Shown here: positions 25,543 through 36,300 of the stretch, piece by piece
How positions within the stretch are numbered: the first letter of the stretch is position 1
Layout: each line of letters opens with the position of its first letter
NCBI GenBank assembly: GCA_945860125.1
Contig: CAMAPQ010000002.1
Coordinates: 1 to 62,855, forward strand
Direction: 5' to 3'
Length of the DNA: 62,855 nt
Origin: Klebsiella pneumoniae
Lineage (GTDB): Bacteria > Pseudomonadota > Gammaproteobacteria > Pseudomonadales > CAMAPQ01
Notes under the pieces: model-generated
The model's database searches: none
What the model saw: only the letters and a program-made list of their open reading frames with translations
Told to the model about the DNA's origin: nothing
Program-made: the position numbers and the translations under genes

Positions 25543-26502
25543 ATGGCAAATAATCCGACAAATATAGGTGTTGACTTTCATTCGGTACAAGTTCAGTGGC
25601 CCGCTATTAAAGCCGTCTCTAATTATTTTGATATCTTTCTCAATGATTATCCTATTTCAGCTGAAGTGAAGTGGTGTATCGCTCAGTTACAGTTACCTGC
25701 GCTTGTTCTGTATGCGCAAGATGCAAGTATTTTAGAAAAATCGCAAGGCCCCTTTCGGTGCTTACTGAAAGGTGTTTTGGCGATAGAAAAGTATATGGAA
25801 GGTTATGCAAAGTTAGGTCAAAATAATATCGGGCAAAACCCTATTATAACTTATGTTAAAGATATTATTGCAGAGGCGAAAAATGTGCCTTCTATTGAAA
25901 GATGGACCTCTCTTGCGGCTGATTTAACTGGTTTTATTCAAAAAACAGATCTCTCTTATGTTGCTTCAGTTGATAATAAAGACAATGCCTTTTATGGTAA
26001 AGATGCATCAAATCACAACTATGCCTATAAATCTCTGCCAGATGAAGTTTCTACCGGCAGTGCATTAACGAATCTTCCTGTGACAGAAATTAGTGCAGTC
26101 AGTAGCCAGGCTCAAATAAAAAGCCACCGTGATCTTGAGGTTTTTGCTTATACAAAGAAATTGCTTGCCTCTGAAGAGAATAGTCGTAAGAGTAAAAGGC
26201 TAGATAATCTGATAGCAGAAAAATCGACTGTAGCAGTGAGCGCAGTTGAAAAGCAGCTCATTAAAGAGAATAAACAACTACAATCCTATATTGCAGAAGC
26301 GCAATTAATGAAAGTGGGCGTAAAAGTAATATATGGCGCAGCTCATAAAGCAACCAAGCTGCGGATGATTAAAAAAGTGGAAGAGAAGATTACTTTTGCA
26401 GAAGAAAAAACGCATCTTGTGATCGAGAAAACGATGGAAGAGGTCGCAAAAGATTTAAAGAAGGGGATGATGCGTATCGTTAGAATGCCATTTTTTATCT
26501 AG
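25543..26502 (+). CDS. Hypothetical protein (coiled-coil C-terminal half)
   Basis: Long ORF. An AGGGAG Shine-Dalgarno sits 6 nt before the ATG at 25543; the ORF track GTG at 25444 is less likely. No recognisable motif. Confidence 0.5.
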   Translation: MANNPTNIGVDFHSVQVQWPAIKAVSNYFDIFLNDYPISAEVKWCIAQLQLPALVLYAQDASILEKSQGPFRCLLKGVLAIEKYMEGYAKLGQNNIGQNPIITYVKDIIAEAKNVPSIERWTSLAADLTGFIQKTDLSYVASVDNKDNAFYGKDASNHNYAYKSLPDEVSTGSALTNLPVTEISAVSSQAQIKSHRDLEVFAYTKKLLASEENSRKSKRLDNLIAEKSTVAVSAVEKQLIKENKQLQSYIAEAQLMKVGVKVIYGAAHKATKLRMIKKVEEKITFAEEKTHLVIEKTMEEVAKDLKKGMMRIVRMPFFI

Positions 26503-26576
26503 ATTTTGATAGAGGTATCTTGATTAATTTAAGTTTAAGAGGTGGAGTTTATTTTTATTTTTAGAAAAGGCTGCTT

Positions 26577-27494
26577 ATGTTAAGAAAAAAAAGTATTTTT
26601 ATGGCGATCATTTCCAGCCTTTTATCAACCAGTTCTTTTGGCTCAACTGTGGCGCCTTATTCTTTAGAAACACATCTGTCTGTTACAACGTTTGATAATG
26701 ATTCTTCTACTGCGCTTGATACCTCACTCTCTGGTACTTTTTTTGTTTCTCCGGTTGAAAAAGAAGAATATGTACCGTTGGGTGAGGCGAGTTTTATTTC
26801 AAAAACGACTAAGTTATTTGGAACATTAAATCAAACCACAGTTGAGGCAAAAGCGGGTGATATTGTAACGGTTGCCGGTGATGATCAAACAAGTTCATCA
26901 TCAAATCTTATGCATCTTGGTTTTGAGCATGTTTTTTCTGCAACAGATGTTATCGTCGGTGCCAGCGGCTTTCAAAGCTCAACGAATGATGCAGACTACG
27001 ATTCCTCTGGTTTGCAGTGGGTTTTTGGTATTTATTTGAATGATGCGACGAGAGTTACTTATACACATCACGAATCTAAGACAGAATTTGGATCAGGCTC
27101 AGTTGATTTTACGACCAATCAGTTTAGTTTGAGAGATTTTTATGCAAGGGAAAATGGTACAGGGTTAGGGTGGGAGTTTAGTTATCAGGATATTGACCCC
27201 ACTTATTCCCCGCCATTTCTAGTCGCCTCACATGAAAAATTAACCCTAGGTGTTGATAAGTATTTTAATGCTGAGCAGAGTATTGGTTTTAAGTTCCATT
27301 TAGATTCTTTTGAAATTGATTTAGTGCTGGATCAGGCGCCACCTAATAAAGAACAAAAAAGAAGTTACTTTTTCTATTACCAACATTTTTTCACCACGCG
27401 AGCGGCTTATCGACTGAGTTTTCGTTTTTCTGAAAAAGTGTTTGATGAGGTTGATAGTAAGGGCTTAGGTGCAAGTCTTTTGGTGAGATTTTAA
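26577..27494 (+). CDS. Putative outer-membrane beta-barrel protein
   Basis: Signal peptide MLRKKSIFMAIISSLLSTSSFG, alternating beta-strand pattern, and C-terminal ...GASLLVRF (terminal Phe). Confidence 0.5.
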   Translation: MLRKKSIFMAIISSLLSTSSFGSTVAPYSLETHLSVTTFDNDSSTALDTSLSGTFFVSPVEKEEYVPLGEASFISKTTKLFGTLNQTTVEAKAGDIVTVAGDDQTSSSSNLMHLGFEHVFSATDVIVGASGFQSSTNDADYDSSGLQWVFGIYLNDATRVTYTHHESKTEFGSGSVDFTTNQFSLRDFYARENGTGLGWEFSYQDIDPTYSPPFLVASHEKLTLGVDKYFNAEQSIGFKFHLDSFEIDLVLDQAPPNKEQKRSYFFYYQHFFTTRAAYRLSFRFSEKVFDEVDSKGLGASLLVRF

Positions 27495-27527
27495 GAGGTT
27501 AATATTTGGGATGACTACTTACGACAA

Positions 27528-30128
27528 CTAAAAAGAGCCCTTAACGCCTGCCATCCCACCAGAACGAAACCAGCGCGATTTTATCCACTCTAACAGTAGC
27601 AAGCTTAAAAAACCTGCAATTGCTGACACCGCCAGATCATCACCATGCAACGCTCCGAAATGAAATAATCGCTGAGCAGGTTGCCAAAATACGGCCATGC
27701 CCATCACTAAAGAGACACTCCCTAGCAAAATCCATAATGAGCGGTTAGGGCGTAAAAAAGCACGAACAAGAGAAGCATTAAATGAGCGATTCACTAAAAT
27801 AAGACCCATATTAATCAGTACCAGTGAGGTAAAAATGAGTGCGCGTAAATCAGGCTCGCTCATTCCCATACGAGAAGCGCTGATTAAAATGCTTGATAAA
27901 ATTGCGAGCGTCACAAAACCTTGCGTGACCGCCCAGATAATACGTTTAGGTAAAAGTAGGGGGCTTTTAGGATCTCGGGGTGGGCGCTGCATCGCATCTT
28001 TTTCTTCTTCCTCGGCTTCGAGCACAATAGAGCAAGCAGGATCAATAATCATCTCCAGAAAAGCAATAAGAATGGGCGTAAATATAAGCGGTAAGCCAAG
28101 AAAAAAAGGAATAAGTGCAAGCCCAGCTATGGGAATATGAACGGCGACAATAAACTCAATGGCTTTGCGTAAATTGTCATAAATTCGCCTGCCTAAACGA
28201 ATTGTTTTTACAATTGAACCGAAATCATCATCGAGAAGAACAATAGCAGAAGCTTCGCGTGCGACATCTGTGCCTCGTCCACCCATGGCAATACCAATAT
28301 GAGCCGCTTTAATGGCCGGCGCATCATTCACACCATCGCCCGTCATAGCAACCACTTCACCATTGGCTTTGAGGCTTTGAACAATACGTAGTTTTTGGTT
28401 GGGACGAATGCGTGCAAATATGGAGGTTGATTTAACTATGGCAGCAAGCTCATCATCAGACATTTTTTCAATATCATCGCCTGTTACGGCTTTTGTCGCT
28501 TCCAATCCTGCTTGTTTGCCAATGGCGCAGGCCGTAGCAGGATAATCTCCTGTAATCATCACAACACGAATACCTGCAGAGCGGCATTCTGCAATAGCAG
28601 GAGGGACGTTATCTCGTAATGGATCAGCAAAGCCGATTAAACCAACATACTCAAAGGTAAAAGCACGAAGTGTCTCAGGCAAGTTTTGTTTTTGTGATTG
28701 ATTTAAAATGCTTGATTTCGCTACCCCAAGGACACGAATACCATTGTTAGCAAGCTCATTTGCTTGTTGCTGAATTTTAATCGTCTGATCTGCTGATAGC
28801 TTACACAGCCCCATAATTGCCTCAAGCGCCCCTTTGGCATAAGCAATATCGTCATTATTATCGCCGCGCAGAATATTTGCCACAGCAAATAAATCAGGTT
28901 TAAGGCCGTAGCTGTGGATGAGTGTTTGAGACATAAATTGACTGATTATATTGGGCGCAATTTCATTTTTTGCGAGCGTATGAACTGCAATATCCATGGG
29001 ATCCATAGGCTCTCGTGCGCAGGCGCATAACGCATTTTCTAAAATGGTTTTTATTTTATCATCAGCAAGCTTTCCACCATTTTTATCCCAGCTACCTGTT
29101 TCATTTTCCATCGCAACAACGGACATTTGATTTTTAGTCAGTGTGCCTGTTTTATCCGTACATAAAACGGTTGTAGCACCTAATGTCTCTATAGCAGAGG
29201 CGCGGCGCGTGAGCACTTTAACCTTTGAAATGCGCCATGCGCCCATTGCCATAAAAACTGCGAGAACAAGTGGAAATTCTTCAGGCAGTAAAGACATGCC
29301 AATAGCAATACCGCTTAACATTGCTTCTAGCCAAGAACCACGCAGTAACCCAAATAGAAGCACCATTAAGCCGCCAGTAATGACGCCAATAATCGCAAAA
29401 ATTCGTATAAAGCCACTTATTTGTTTTTGTAGGTGGGGCTGTTCCGTTTCAATTGTTTTAAGCGCACTGCCAATTTTGCCTATTTCACTGTGGATGCCTG
29501 TGGCTTGCACGGTAGCAATACCATTCCCACGCACAACCAGTGTACCTGCAAAAATGGAAGGAAGATCTTCTCCGCCTGGCTTTAGTGCAGCCTGTTTAGT
29601 TTCGCTTTTTTCATCTGAATTTTGTGCTTGTTTTCGAACAGGAACAGATTCTCCTGTGAGGAGTGATTCATCAATCAATAGATCTTGCGATGAGCGCAAT
29701 ATTGCATCTGCGGGGATACGATCACCTTCCGCAATGACGATGATATCCTCGCGCACAACCTCTTTACTATTGATGTGAATTCTCTTTCCATCGCGAATAA
29801 CAAGCGCGCGGGGCGTGGCAAGGTTACGCAGTGTTTCTAATACATGCTCGCTACGTGATTCTTGAACAAGTGTGATCATGACTGAAAATGAAGCAAAGCC
29901 CAGTAAGAGTAGGGCTTCTAAGTGATCACCTAGTAGGAAGTAAACAATGCCGCCCCCTATGAGCAGAGCAAACATTGGTTGGCGTATGACGTTAAGTAGA
30001 ATTCTCAAAAATCCGCGTTTGTCAGTAGAAGGTAGTTCGTTATAGCCCTCTTTTTTCAGACGATTTTCTGCCTCTTGACTTGTTAAACCAAGAACAGTTT
30101 CTTGTTTAGAGGGTATATTATTCTGCAT
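27528..30128 (-). CDS. Cation-transporting P-type ATPase (P2-type, Ca2+/Mg2+-like)
   Basis: Has LTGES, the phosphorylation site CTDKTGTLT, the hinge MTGDGVNDAPAIKAAHIGIAMG, and 10 predicted TM helices. Confidence 0.88.
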   Translation of the reverse strand: MQNNIPSKQETVLGLTSQEAENRLKKEGYNELPSTDKRGFLRILLNVIRQPMFALLIGGGIVYFLLGDHLEALLLLGFASFSVMITLVQESRSEHVLETLRNLATPRALVIRDGKRIHINSKEVVREDIIVIAEGDRIPADAILRSSQDLLIDESLLTGESVPVRKQAQNSDEKSETKQAALKPGGEDLPSIFAGTLVVRGNGIATVQATGIHSEIGKIGSALKTIETEQPHLQKQISGFIRIFAIIGVITGGLMVLLFGLLRGSWLEAMLSGIAIGMSLLPEEFPLVLAVFMAMGAWRISKVKVLTRRASAIETLGATTVLCTDKTGTLTKNQMSVVAMENETGSWDKNGGKLADDKIKTILENALCACAREPMDPMDIAVHTLAKNEIAPNIISQFMSQTLIHSYGLKPDLFAVANILRGDNNDDIAYAKGALEAIMGLCKLSADQTIKIQQQANELANNGIRVLGVAKSSILNQSQKQNLPETLRAFTFEYVGLIGFADPLRDNVPPAIAECRSAGIRVVMITGDYPATACAIGKQAGLEATKAVTGDDIEKMSDDELAAIVKSTSIFARIRPNQKLRIVQSLKANGEVVAMTGDGVNDAPAIKAAHIGIAMGGRGTDVAREASAIVLLDDDFGSIVKTIRLGRRIYDNLRKAIEFIVAVHIPIAGLALIPFFLGLPLIFTPILIAFLEMIIDPACSIVLEAEEEEKDAMQRPPRDPKSPLLLPKRIIWAVTQGFVTLAILSSILISASRMGMSEPDLRALIFTSLVLINMGLILVNRSFNASLVRAFLRPNRSLWILLGSVSLVMGMAVFWQPAQRLFHFGALHGDDLAVSAIAGFLSLLLLEWIKSRWFRSGGMAGVKGSF

Positions 30129-30295
30129 ATTATTCCTTCAATACGTTGAACAGAACGACTCCTGATATATGCATATACACGTATTTTAGATATGTTGTTG
30201 ATGCAATTATCGCTTAACATCTCTTTTAGTCTCTTTAAAAAAGATTAGCAACTTACATTTTATTTAGTGAAAGTGTGATGAAAATATGAGCGCAA

Positions 30296-31363
30296 TTAAT
30301 TACTCGTAATTGCGTTTTGAAAAAAATGAATTGTGCCTGTTTCATCTTTTTCTAATTCACAGAGATTGATACCTAAACAATGAGCCCCGTTTTCATTTGT
30401 TTTCAAAATGTCTCTAAAAATAGTTTCAGCTTTATCTAGGCTGGGTTTTTCAATTAATTCTGCAAGATTGCTGTGCAATTTTGGGAAAACGCTGTTTTGC
30501 CACTTTCGCACATTATCATTCTTTGCTTGAGACAGATCTAGTGCGAGAGAATCAATGATTGATTGAATTCGTTCTGTGAGGTCTTTTTTAACGATATCCA
30601 GAGATAAATGACTTTCATCAAAACTAGTCATTGATAAGATCATATCTTGTATTTCTATTCTAATGTTTTTGTAGTTATCATCTTTATATTCTTTTTTGAT
30701 TAAAATACCTTTATTCTGCCAGTTGCTTATGTGTCTTTTAAGCTCCTTCATCGTTTTTGATTCTTTTATGCTGGTTAATAGTGAATCTTCTGTGTTCTTG
30801 ATGCAAGATAAGGTATCATTTATTCCACCATTCCAGTGCCTGTTCCCGATGAATATATTAAACTTCAAATTATGCAAAGTATAAAACATTAAATTTTCTA
30901 AATATTGCATATCTTTCTCATTAAAATTATCACCATAGTATTGATTTAACAGTTGAGCATAGAGCTGATGAATATCTTTTTTTAAGTTGTTTTTTTGACA
31001 ATAATCTTTTAGGGCGACAATTGCTTTTTTAAAGTTACTGACCATTAGTATATGTCTTCTTGCTTGGCTGCCGTCTATCTGAATGGCTTGTGACCAAAAA
31101 ACATCCCACTGTCTTTTCATTGGTTGTAGCGATCTAATGGTTGATTCTTTTGGTGTTATGGGTTTATATAATTCTTTATATTCTCTGCATGCTTTGACAT
31201 CTCTTAATTTGTTGTCTGAAAAATCAGTGAAGGCTTCATATTCTGGTATTTTATGCGGGGATAAGTTTATTTTGCTAGAAATCATTCTGGGTGATAAGTG
31301 ATTGTGTGTCTTTGATAAAAAGCTAGAACTTCCCGTTGATAATAAAAAACAGCATGGAATCAT
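30296..31363 (-). CDS. Hypothetical protein (no recognisable domain; candidate effector)
   Basis: 355-aa ORF, Lys/Asn/Ile-rich and helical, with no motif recognised. Lies in an accessory patch. Confidence 0.4.
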   Translation of the reverse strand: MIPCCFLLSTGSSSFLSKTHNHLSPRMISSKINLSPHKIPEYEAFTDFSDNKLRDVKACREYKELYKPITPKESTIRSLQPMKRQWDVFWSQAIQIDGSQARRHILMVSNFKKAIVALKDYCQKNNLKKDIHQLYAQLLNQYYGDNFNEKDMQYLENLMFYTLHNLKFNIFIGNRHWNGGINDTLSCIKNTEDSLLTSIKESKTMKELKRHISNWQNKGILIKKEYKDDNYKNIRIEIQDMILSMTSFDESHLSLDIVKKDLTERIQSIIDSLALDLSQAKNDNVRKWQNSVFPKLHSNLAELIEKPSLDKAETIFRDILKTNENGAHCLGINLCELEKDETGTIHFFQNAITSN

Positions 31364-31512
31364 AAAAGATTAAACCTTTGGGTATATATCTAAGAAGTAA
31401 ATAAAAATTATATGTTGTATGTTATCTACGCAATCTTTTTTTTAAAGAAATATTAAATTTTTAATTTTATTTCGGTCTTTGGAAAATATCAGTAGATAAT
31501 TTAATATTCTTG

Positions 31513-31667
31513 TTTTATATCCGCTCGATTCATTTTATGAAGAAGCGTTTTCAAGTATCACTTTTTTACAATATCCACCTTCAGGAAAAATTATTTATAA
31601 ATATGCTTCATATCTTGATATACATGGTGATGATGAGTCATGTGCTTTACTTGAAGTGTCAATAATA
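31513..31667 (+). repeat. Direct repeat R1 copy 1: 5'-portion fragment of the small gene at 32781-33205
   Basis: About 155 bp, roughly 80% identical by eye to 32842-32992. It translates as [48 protein letters not shown] versus YPRDSFYEKEFSNITSLQYPSSGKIIYKYASYPDIHGDYVSCALIEVS. It is cut off by the A4 element. Confidence 0.75.
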
Positions 31668-31716
31668 GGACTTACGCAAAATCGCTCAGCTTTGTTGTCC
31701 TGCCTCGCCGTACAGC
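31667..31716 (+). repeat. A-type element, left-half fragment (A4)
   Basis: aggacttacgcaaaatcgctcagctttgttgtcctgcctcgccgtacagc matches the left half of A1. The right arm is missing. Confidence 0.7.
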
Positions 31717-31762
31717 ATTGCATGCTAGCAACATTGTTATTAAACACAAGAGGGTGTTCAAA

Positions 31763-32638
31763 ATGGAAATTCAAATAAAGACTTTTAGAGTCAAAAAAAA
31801 CGATAAGGTTAATTTAGATAGATGGCCCACTTTAATAAAGCCATTTTATGCATCCAAGACCAAATATCATGCCTTTCTTGCTGAGCAAATTAAAGAATTA
31901 AGTGCGTTGCAACAATTGCACTACGCATTTGATCGCTATTCATTATTGCTTATTTTTCAGGCAATGGATGCGGCTGGTAAAGATAGTGTTATTAAGCATG
32001 TTATGTCAGGCATTAATCCACAAGGTTGCCAAGTTTTTAGTTTCAAACATCCTAGCGCAACGGATTTAGATCATGATTTTTTGTGGCGCACCAATCAATG
32101 TTTACCAGAGCGCGGTCGTATAGGTATTTTTAATCGTTCCTATTATGAAGAAGTTTTAATTGTTCGTGTTCACCCCGAAATTTTACAGGCGCAACGTTTG
32201 CCTAATGATGCACTTAGTAGTGAAACAATTTGGAAGCAGCGTTTCAATTCAATTATTGATATGGAGAAACATCTAAACCACAACGGCACTCGTATTATTA
32301 AGTTTTTTTTGCACTTATCTAAAGAAGAACAAAAAAAACGTTTTATTGAACGTATTGATGACGTTGAAAAAAATTGGAAATTTAGTGCTGCTGATATACA
32401 CGAGCGTAAATATTGGAAGGAATATAAGCATGCTTATGAAGAATGCTTGAGTGAAACCAGTACAGAACATTCACCTTGGTATGTTGTACCGGCTGATGAT
32501 AAACACAATGCTCGTTTAATTGTGTCCGAAATTATTGTGGATACATTGAAATCACTTAATATGCATTATCCACAACTAGATGCCGTAAGGCAGCAGGAAT
32601 TATTATCCATTCGCGCAGAGTTAATGGCAGAAGACTAA
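31763..32638 (+). CDS. ppk2: Polyphosphate kinase 2 family protein
   Basis: [49 protein letters not shown]...[26 protein letters not shown] is the PPK2 Walker A/lid pattern. Start taken at the ATG at 31763 ([10 protein letters not shown]). Confidence 0.85.
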   Translation: MEIQIKTFRVKKNDKVNLDRWPTLIKPFYASKTKYHAFLAEQIKELSALQQLHYAFDRYSLLLIFQAMDAAGKDSVIKHVMSGINPQGCQVFSFKHPSATDLDHDFLWRTNQCLPERGRIGIFNRSYYEEVLIVRVHPEILQAQRLPNDALSSETIWKQRFNSIIDMEKHLNHNGTRIIKFFLHLSKEEQKKRFIERIDDVEKNWKFSAADIHERKYWKEYKHAYEECLSETSTEHSPWYVVPADDKHNARLIVSEIIVDTLKSLNMHYPQLDAVRQQELLSIRAELMAED

Positions 32639-32780
32639 TGCGCTTGTTGAGTAAAAGATCGTCAAAATAAGAGACTACTTTAAAAAGCTATGTTCATCGT
32701 TTTTTTGATCATCTAGATGAGACTAATCAGCATAAAAACAGTGAAGAAATAATGATGGTTTAAAAGAGAAATAGAGACGT

Positions 32781-33205
32781 AATGGATATCGAATTATTAA
32801 TAATTTTTTTATGCTTTTGCGTGGTGCTGTATTTATTTTGCTTTTTATCCACGCGATTCATTTTATGAAAAAGAGTTTTCAAATATTACCTCTTTACAAT
32901 ATCCCTCTTCAGGAAAAATCATTTATAAATATGCGTCATATCCCGATATTCATGGTGATTATGTGTCATGCGCTTTAATTGAAGTTTCAATGCAAGATTA
33001 CGAAATGTTAACCAAAGCGATCAGTATTGATGGGAATTCTCATGAAAAAAACACGCCTTTTCTTTGTGGTACTCAAGAAAAAAAAGCTTTAACCATACCA
33101 CCTTATAAACGCTCAAAAAGAGTAGAAATAAAGTCTGGCACCGAAACAGAGTGGGGCATTTTAGAAGGTGGAAAGCTAATCTATTTTTTGTATAGTAATA
33201 CTTAG
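32781..33205 (+). pseudogene. Small hypothetical gene, possibly frameshifted (N-terminal TM ORF 32781-32867 plus body 32845-33205)
   Basis: MDIELLIIFLCFCVVLYLFCFL... stops at 32865-32867. A different frame continues YPRDSFYEKEF...GILEGGKLIYFLYSNT* to 33205. The ORF track lists only 32963-33205. Confidence 0.3.
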
Positions 33206-33359
33206 TAGAATTTGATTGGGGGGATGCTTAGAAATAATTTCTTACTGATGAAAATTAACCACACCAAAATGTGGCGATAACAAAGCTTACCACTATAATT
33301 TGGCTAATTGTCTCCTTCGTATGCATATTAAAAAGATAGAGTAAACTCATGGACAAAAA

Positions 33360-36300
33360 ATGCAATTTTTAGAAAATGGCCCAGATATCCCAAATGAATT
33401 ATTAAATGCTCATGAAGAAGGAAAAGTTATATTTTTTTGTGGTGCAGGCATTTCCATACCTGCTGGCTTACCAGAATTCAAGGATCTAGTAAAAAAAATT
33501 TATGAGGCTTTGGGCGTAGATCCATCTGTTATTGAGCAAAATTTTCAAAATGATAAGAAGTACGATGTAACATTGAATTTGTTAGAGCAGCGAGTGCCCG
33601 GGGGGCTAGTTACTGTGCGGAAGGAGTTGTTAAATGTCCTTAAGCCTAACTTGCGTCGAAAAGGGGCTATTGATACTCACGCATCTTTGTTAAAACTCGC
33701 GCATAGTCGACAAGGACTCTTGAAACTTGTTACTACCAATTTTGACCGTATTTTTGAGCACGTGATTAAACAAAGGAAACTGCCGTACCGTTCATATTCT
33801 GCGCCAATGCTTCCTATCCCCAATAATAGCTGGGATGGTTTGGTATATCTGCACGGGTTACTACCTGATAAGCATGATGACAGAGTATTAAACCAGCTTG
33901 TGGTCACTAGCGGGGATTTTGGCCGTGCTTATTTGACTGAGCGCTGGGCTGCACGATTCATCAGCGAATTATTTCGCAATTATATAGTGTGTTTCGTCGG
34001 CTACAGTATCAATGACCCGATCATGCACTATATGATGGATGCGCTGGCTGCCTCCAGAAAAACAGGCGATATACAAACAGAAGCTTATATATTGACTGAT
34101 TGCACCATTAATAATGAACATAATAAGAAAATTGAATGGGAAGCTAAGGGTGTTACACCTATTTTTTATAAAACACCATCTGAACATGATCATTCAGCCT
34201 TGCACAAAACATTAAAAACTTGGGCTGCAACTTACAGTGATGGTGTAACTGGCAAAGAGTACATAGTTACTGAATATGCGGTGACCAAACCTTCAGCAAG
34301 TACAAAACAAGATGACTTTGTTGGGAGAATGATTTGGGCGCTATCGGATGCAACGGGACTGCCTGCGAAATTTTTTGCGAATTATAATCCGGTGCCGTCT
34401 CTTGAATGGCTAGAAGATCTCTCCAAAAAGTTTTTTCAAAATATGTCAGTCGTTTCTCATGTCTCAGAAGAAAAAAAATGGGATGCAGTGATGCCACACT
34501 TAGCGCACTGGCTGACTCGGCATCTGAATGATCCTGACTTAATCGTATGGCTAAATAATCGGGGAGGCCGGTTGCATGCGGAATTTGCACGACAAATTAA
34601 TGTACAGATAAATCGCTTAACAGAGTTAATGCTCAATGAACAAACAGATGAGTTAAAAGAAATTCAAAAGAATGCCCCAAATGCTATCCCGAATAGCCCT
34701 ATGCTAAAAACATGGCACCTCTTGTTAGCGGGACAGATCACATCAGCATCAAATAAAGTTGACCTATATTTTTTAGAACACTGGATTAAAAGAGGCGTCA
34801 GTATTAGTTTCCGTTTGCAATTGAGAAGCTTGCTTGCGCCAAAGGTCAAACTAAAAAGCGGAGTAATTTTTTCAGAGGAAAATAATTCAGAGCCAACAGA
34901 AATACCAGAACATATACATCAAATTTTCAACGTTGAATTAATTCTTGCACATAATCATGCACGCTCGGTACTTAATAATTTAAATAAATATGATCATAAA
35001 TCATGGTGTCATGTTTTACCTGAACTCTTTGAAGAGTTTCAACAATTACTGCGAGATGCCCTCGATTTATTTTGTGAATTGGGTAGGGCTAATGATAAAA
35101 ACGATCCTTCTTATCGGGCACAACCATCGATTAGCAAGCATTACCAAAATCAAAATTTTGACGAGTGGACGGCATTAATTGAATGGGTGCGTGATGCTTG
35201 GTTAGCGATTTTACCGATAAACCCAGAGCGTGTGGTTCAAATTGCACAGGCATGGTATGAACTACCATATCCTACATTCAAACGCCTTGCTTTATTTGCT
35301 GCGAGTCAAGACAACCGCATATCTCCAGATCAATGGGTTGATTGGCTTCTAGTAGATCATGCATGGTGTCTTTGGTCTTACCAAACAAAACGAGAAACAA
35401 TGCGATTACTCGTGTTACGAGGTTGCCATCTGATGCCTCAAATACTGCAAAAACTAGAAGATATAATTTTATTAGGCCCACCACATGATATGTTTTTGGA
35501 AGGCTCTTCTCAAGATAAAGTGACAGCTATGATGGATTATGAAGTATGGCTGCGACTTGCTAAGCTAAATCAGGGGCAATGTATTCTAAGCGAATCTGCT
35601 TTACAAAAAATGGATAGCTTATCGGCAAAAAATCCAGGTTGGAAATTAAGTAGGCACGAGAAAGAAGAATTTTCTGGCTGGCACACTGGTTCAGGAGCCC
35701 CAGATTTTGATGATTATCGCCAAATTGATCACGTTCCAAGAAAAAGAAAGGAGATTGTTTCATGGTTAAAAGAACAATCAATAATTAAGAGACGAGATCC
35801 ATTTTATGAAAATACTTGGATTAAAACCTGTCGTACGAGATTTTTTCACTGTGCTTATGCCTTATGTGATCTCGCTAAAGAAGAAATTTTCTTACCTAAA
35901 TATTGGGAAGAAGCTGTGGGCACTTGGCGAGAAGATGGGAAAAAATTACGCTCTTGGCGATTTTGTGCCCCGTTGATACAACAATTACCTAATTTGAGAT
36001 TGAAAGAAATTGAATATGATATTGCTCTATGGTTATCAGATGTTTCTAATTCTATTTTAATTAATAAGCATGAAAGTATTTTTTTTGATTTATGTCAGCG
36101 CATACTCAATTTTCAAAGTGAAAAAAATGATAAAGCTTATTCATCACTGACTATAGCTATCAATCATTCAGTGGGTCACATTACTGAAGCTCTTTTAAAT
36201 ATTTGGTTAAAAAGAGAACCCAATGATAACGATCAATTACCCGATGAGATAAAGCGTTTTTTCAATATGCTGTGTGATACTCATGAAGTAGAGTCATTTC

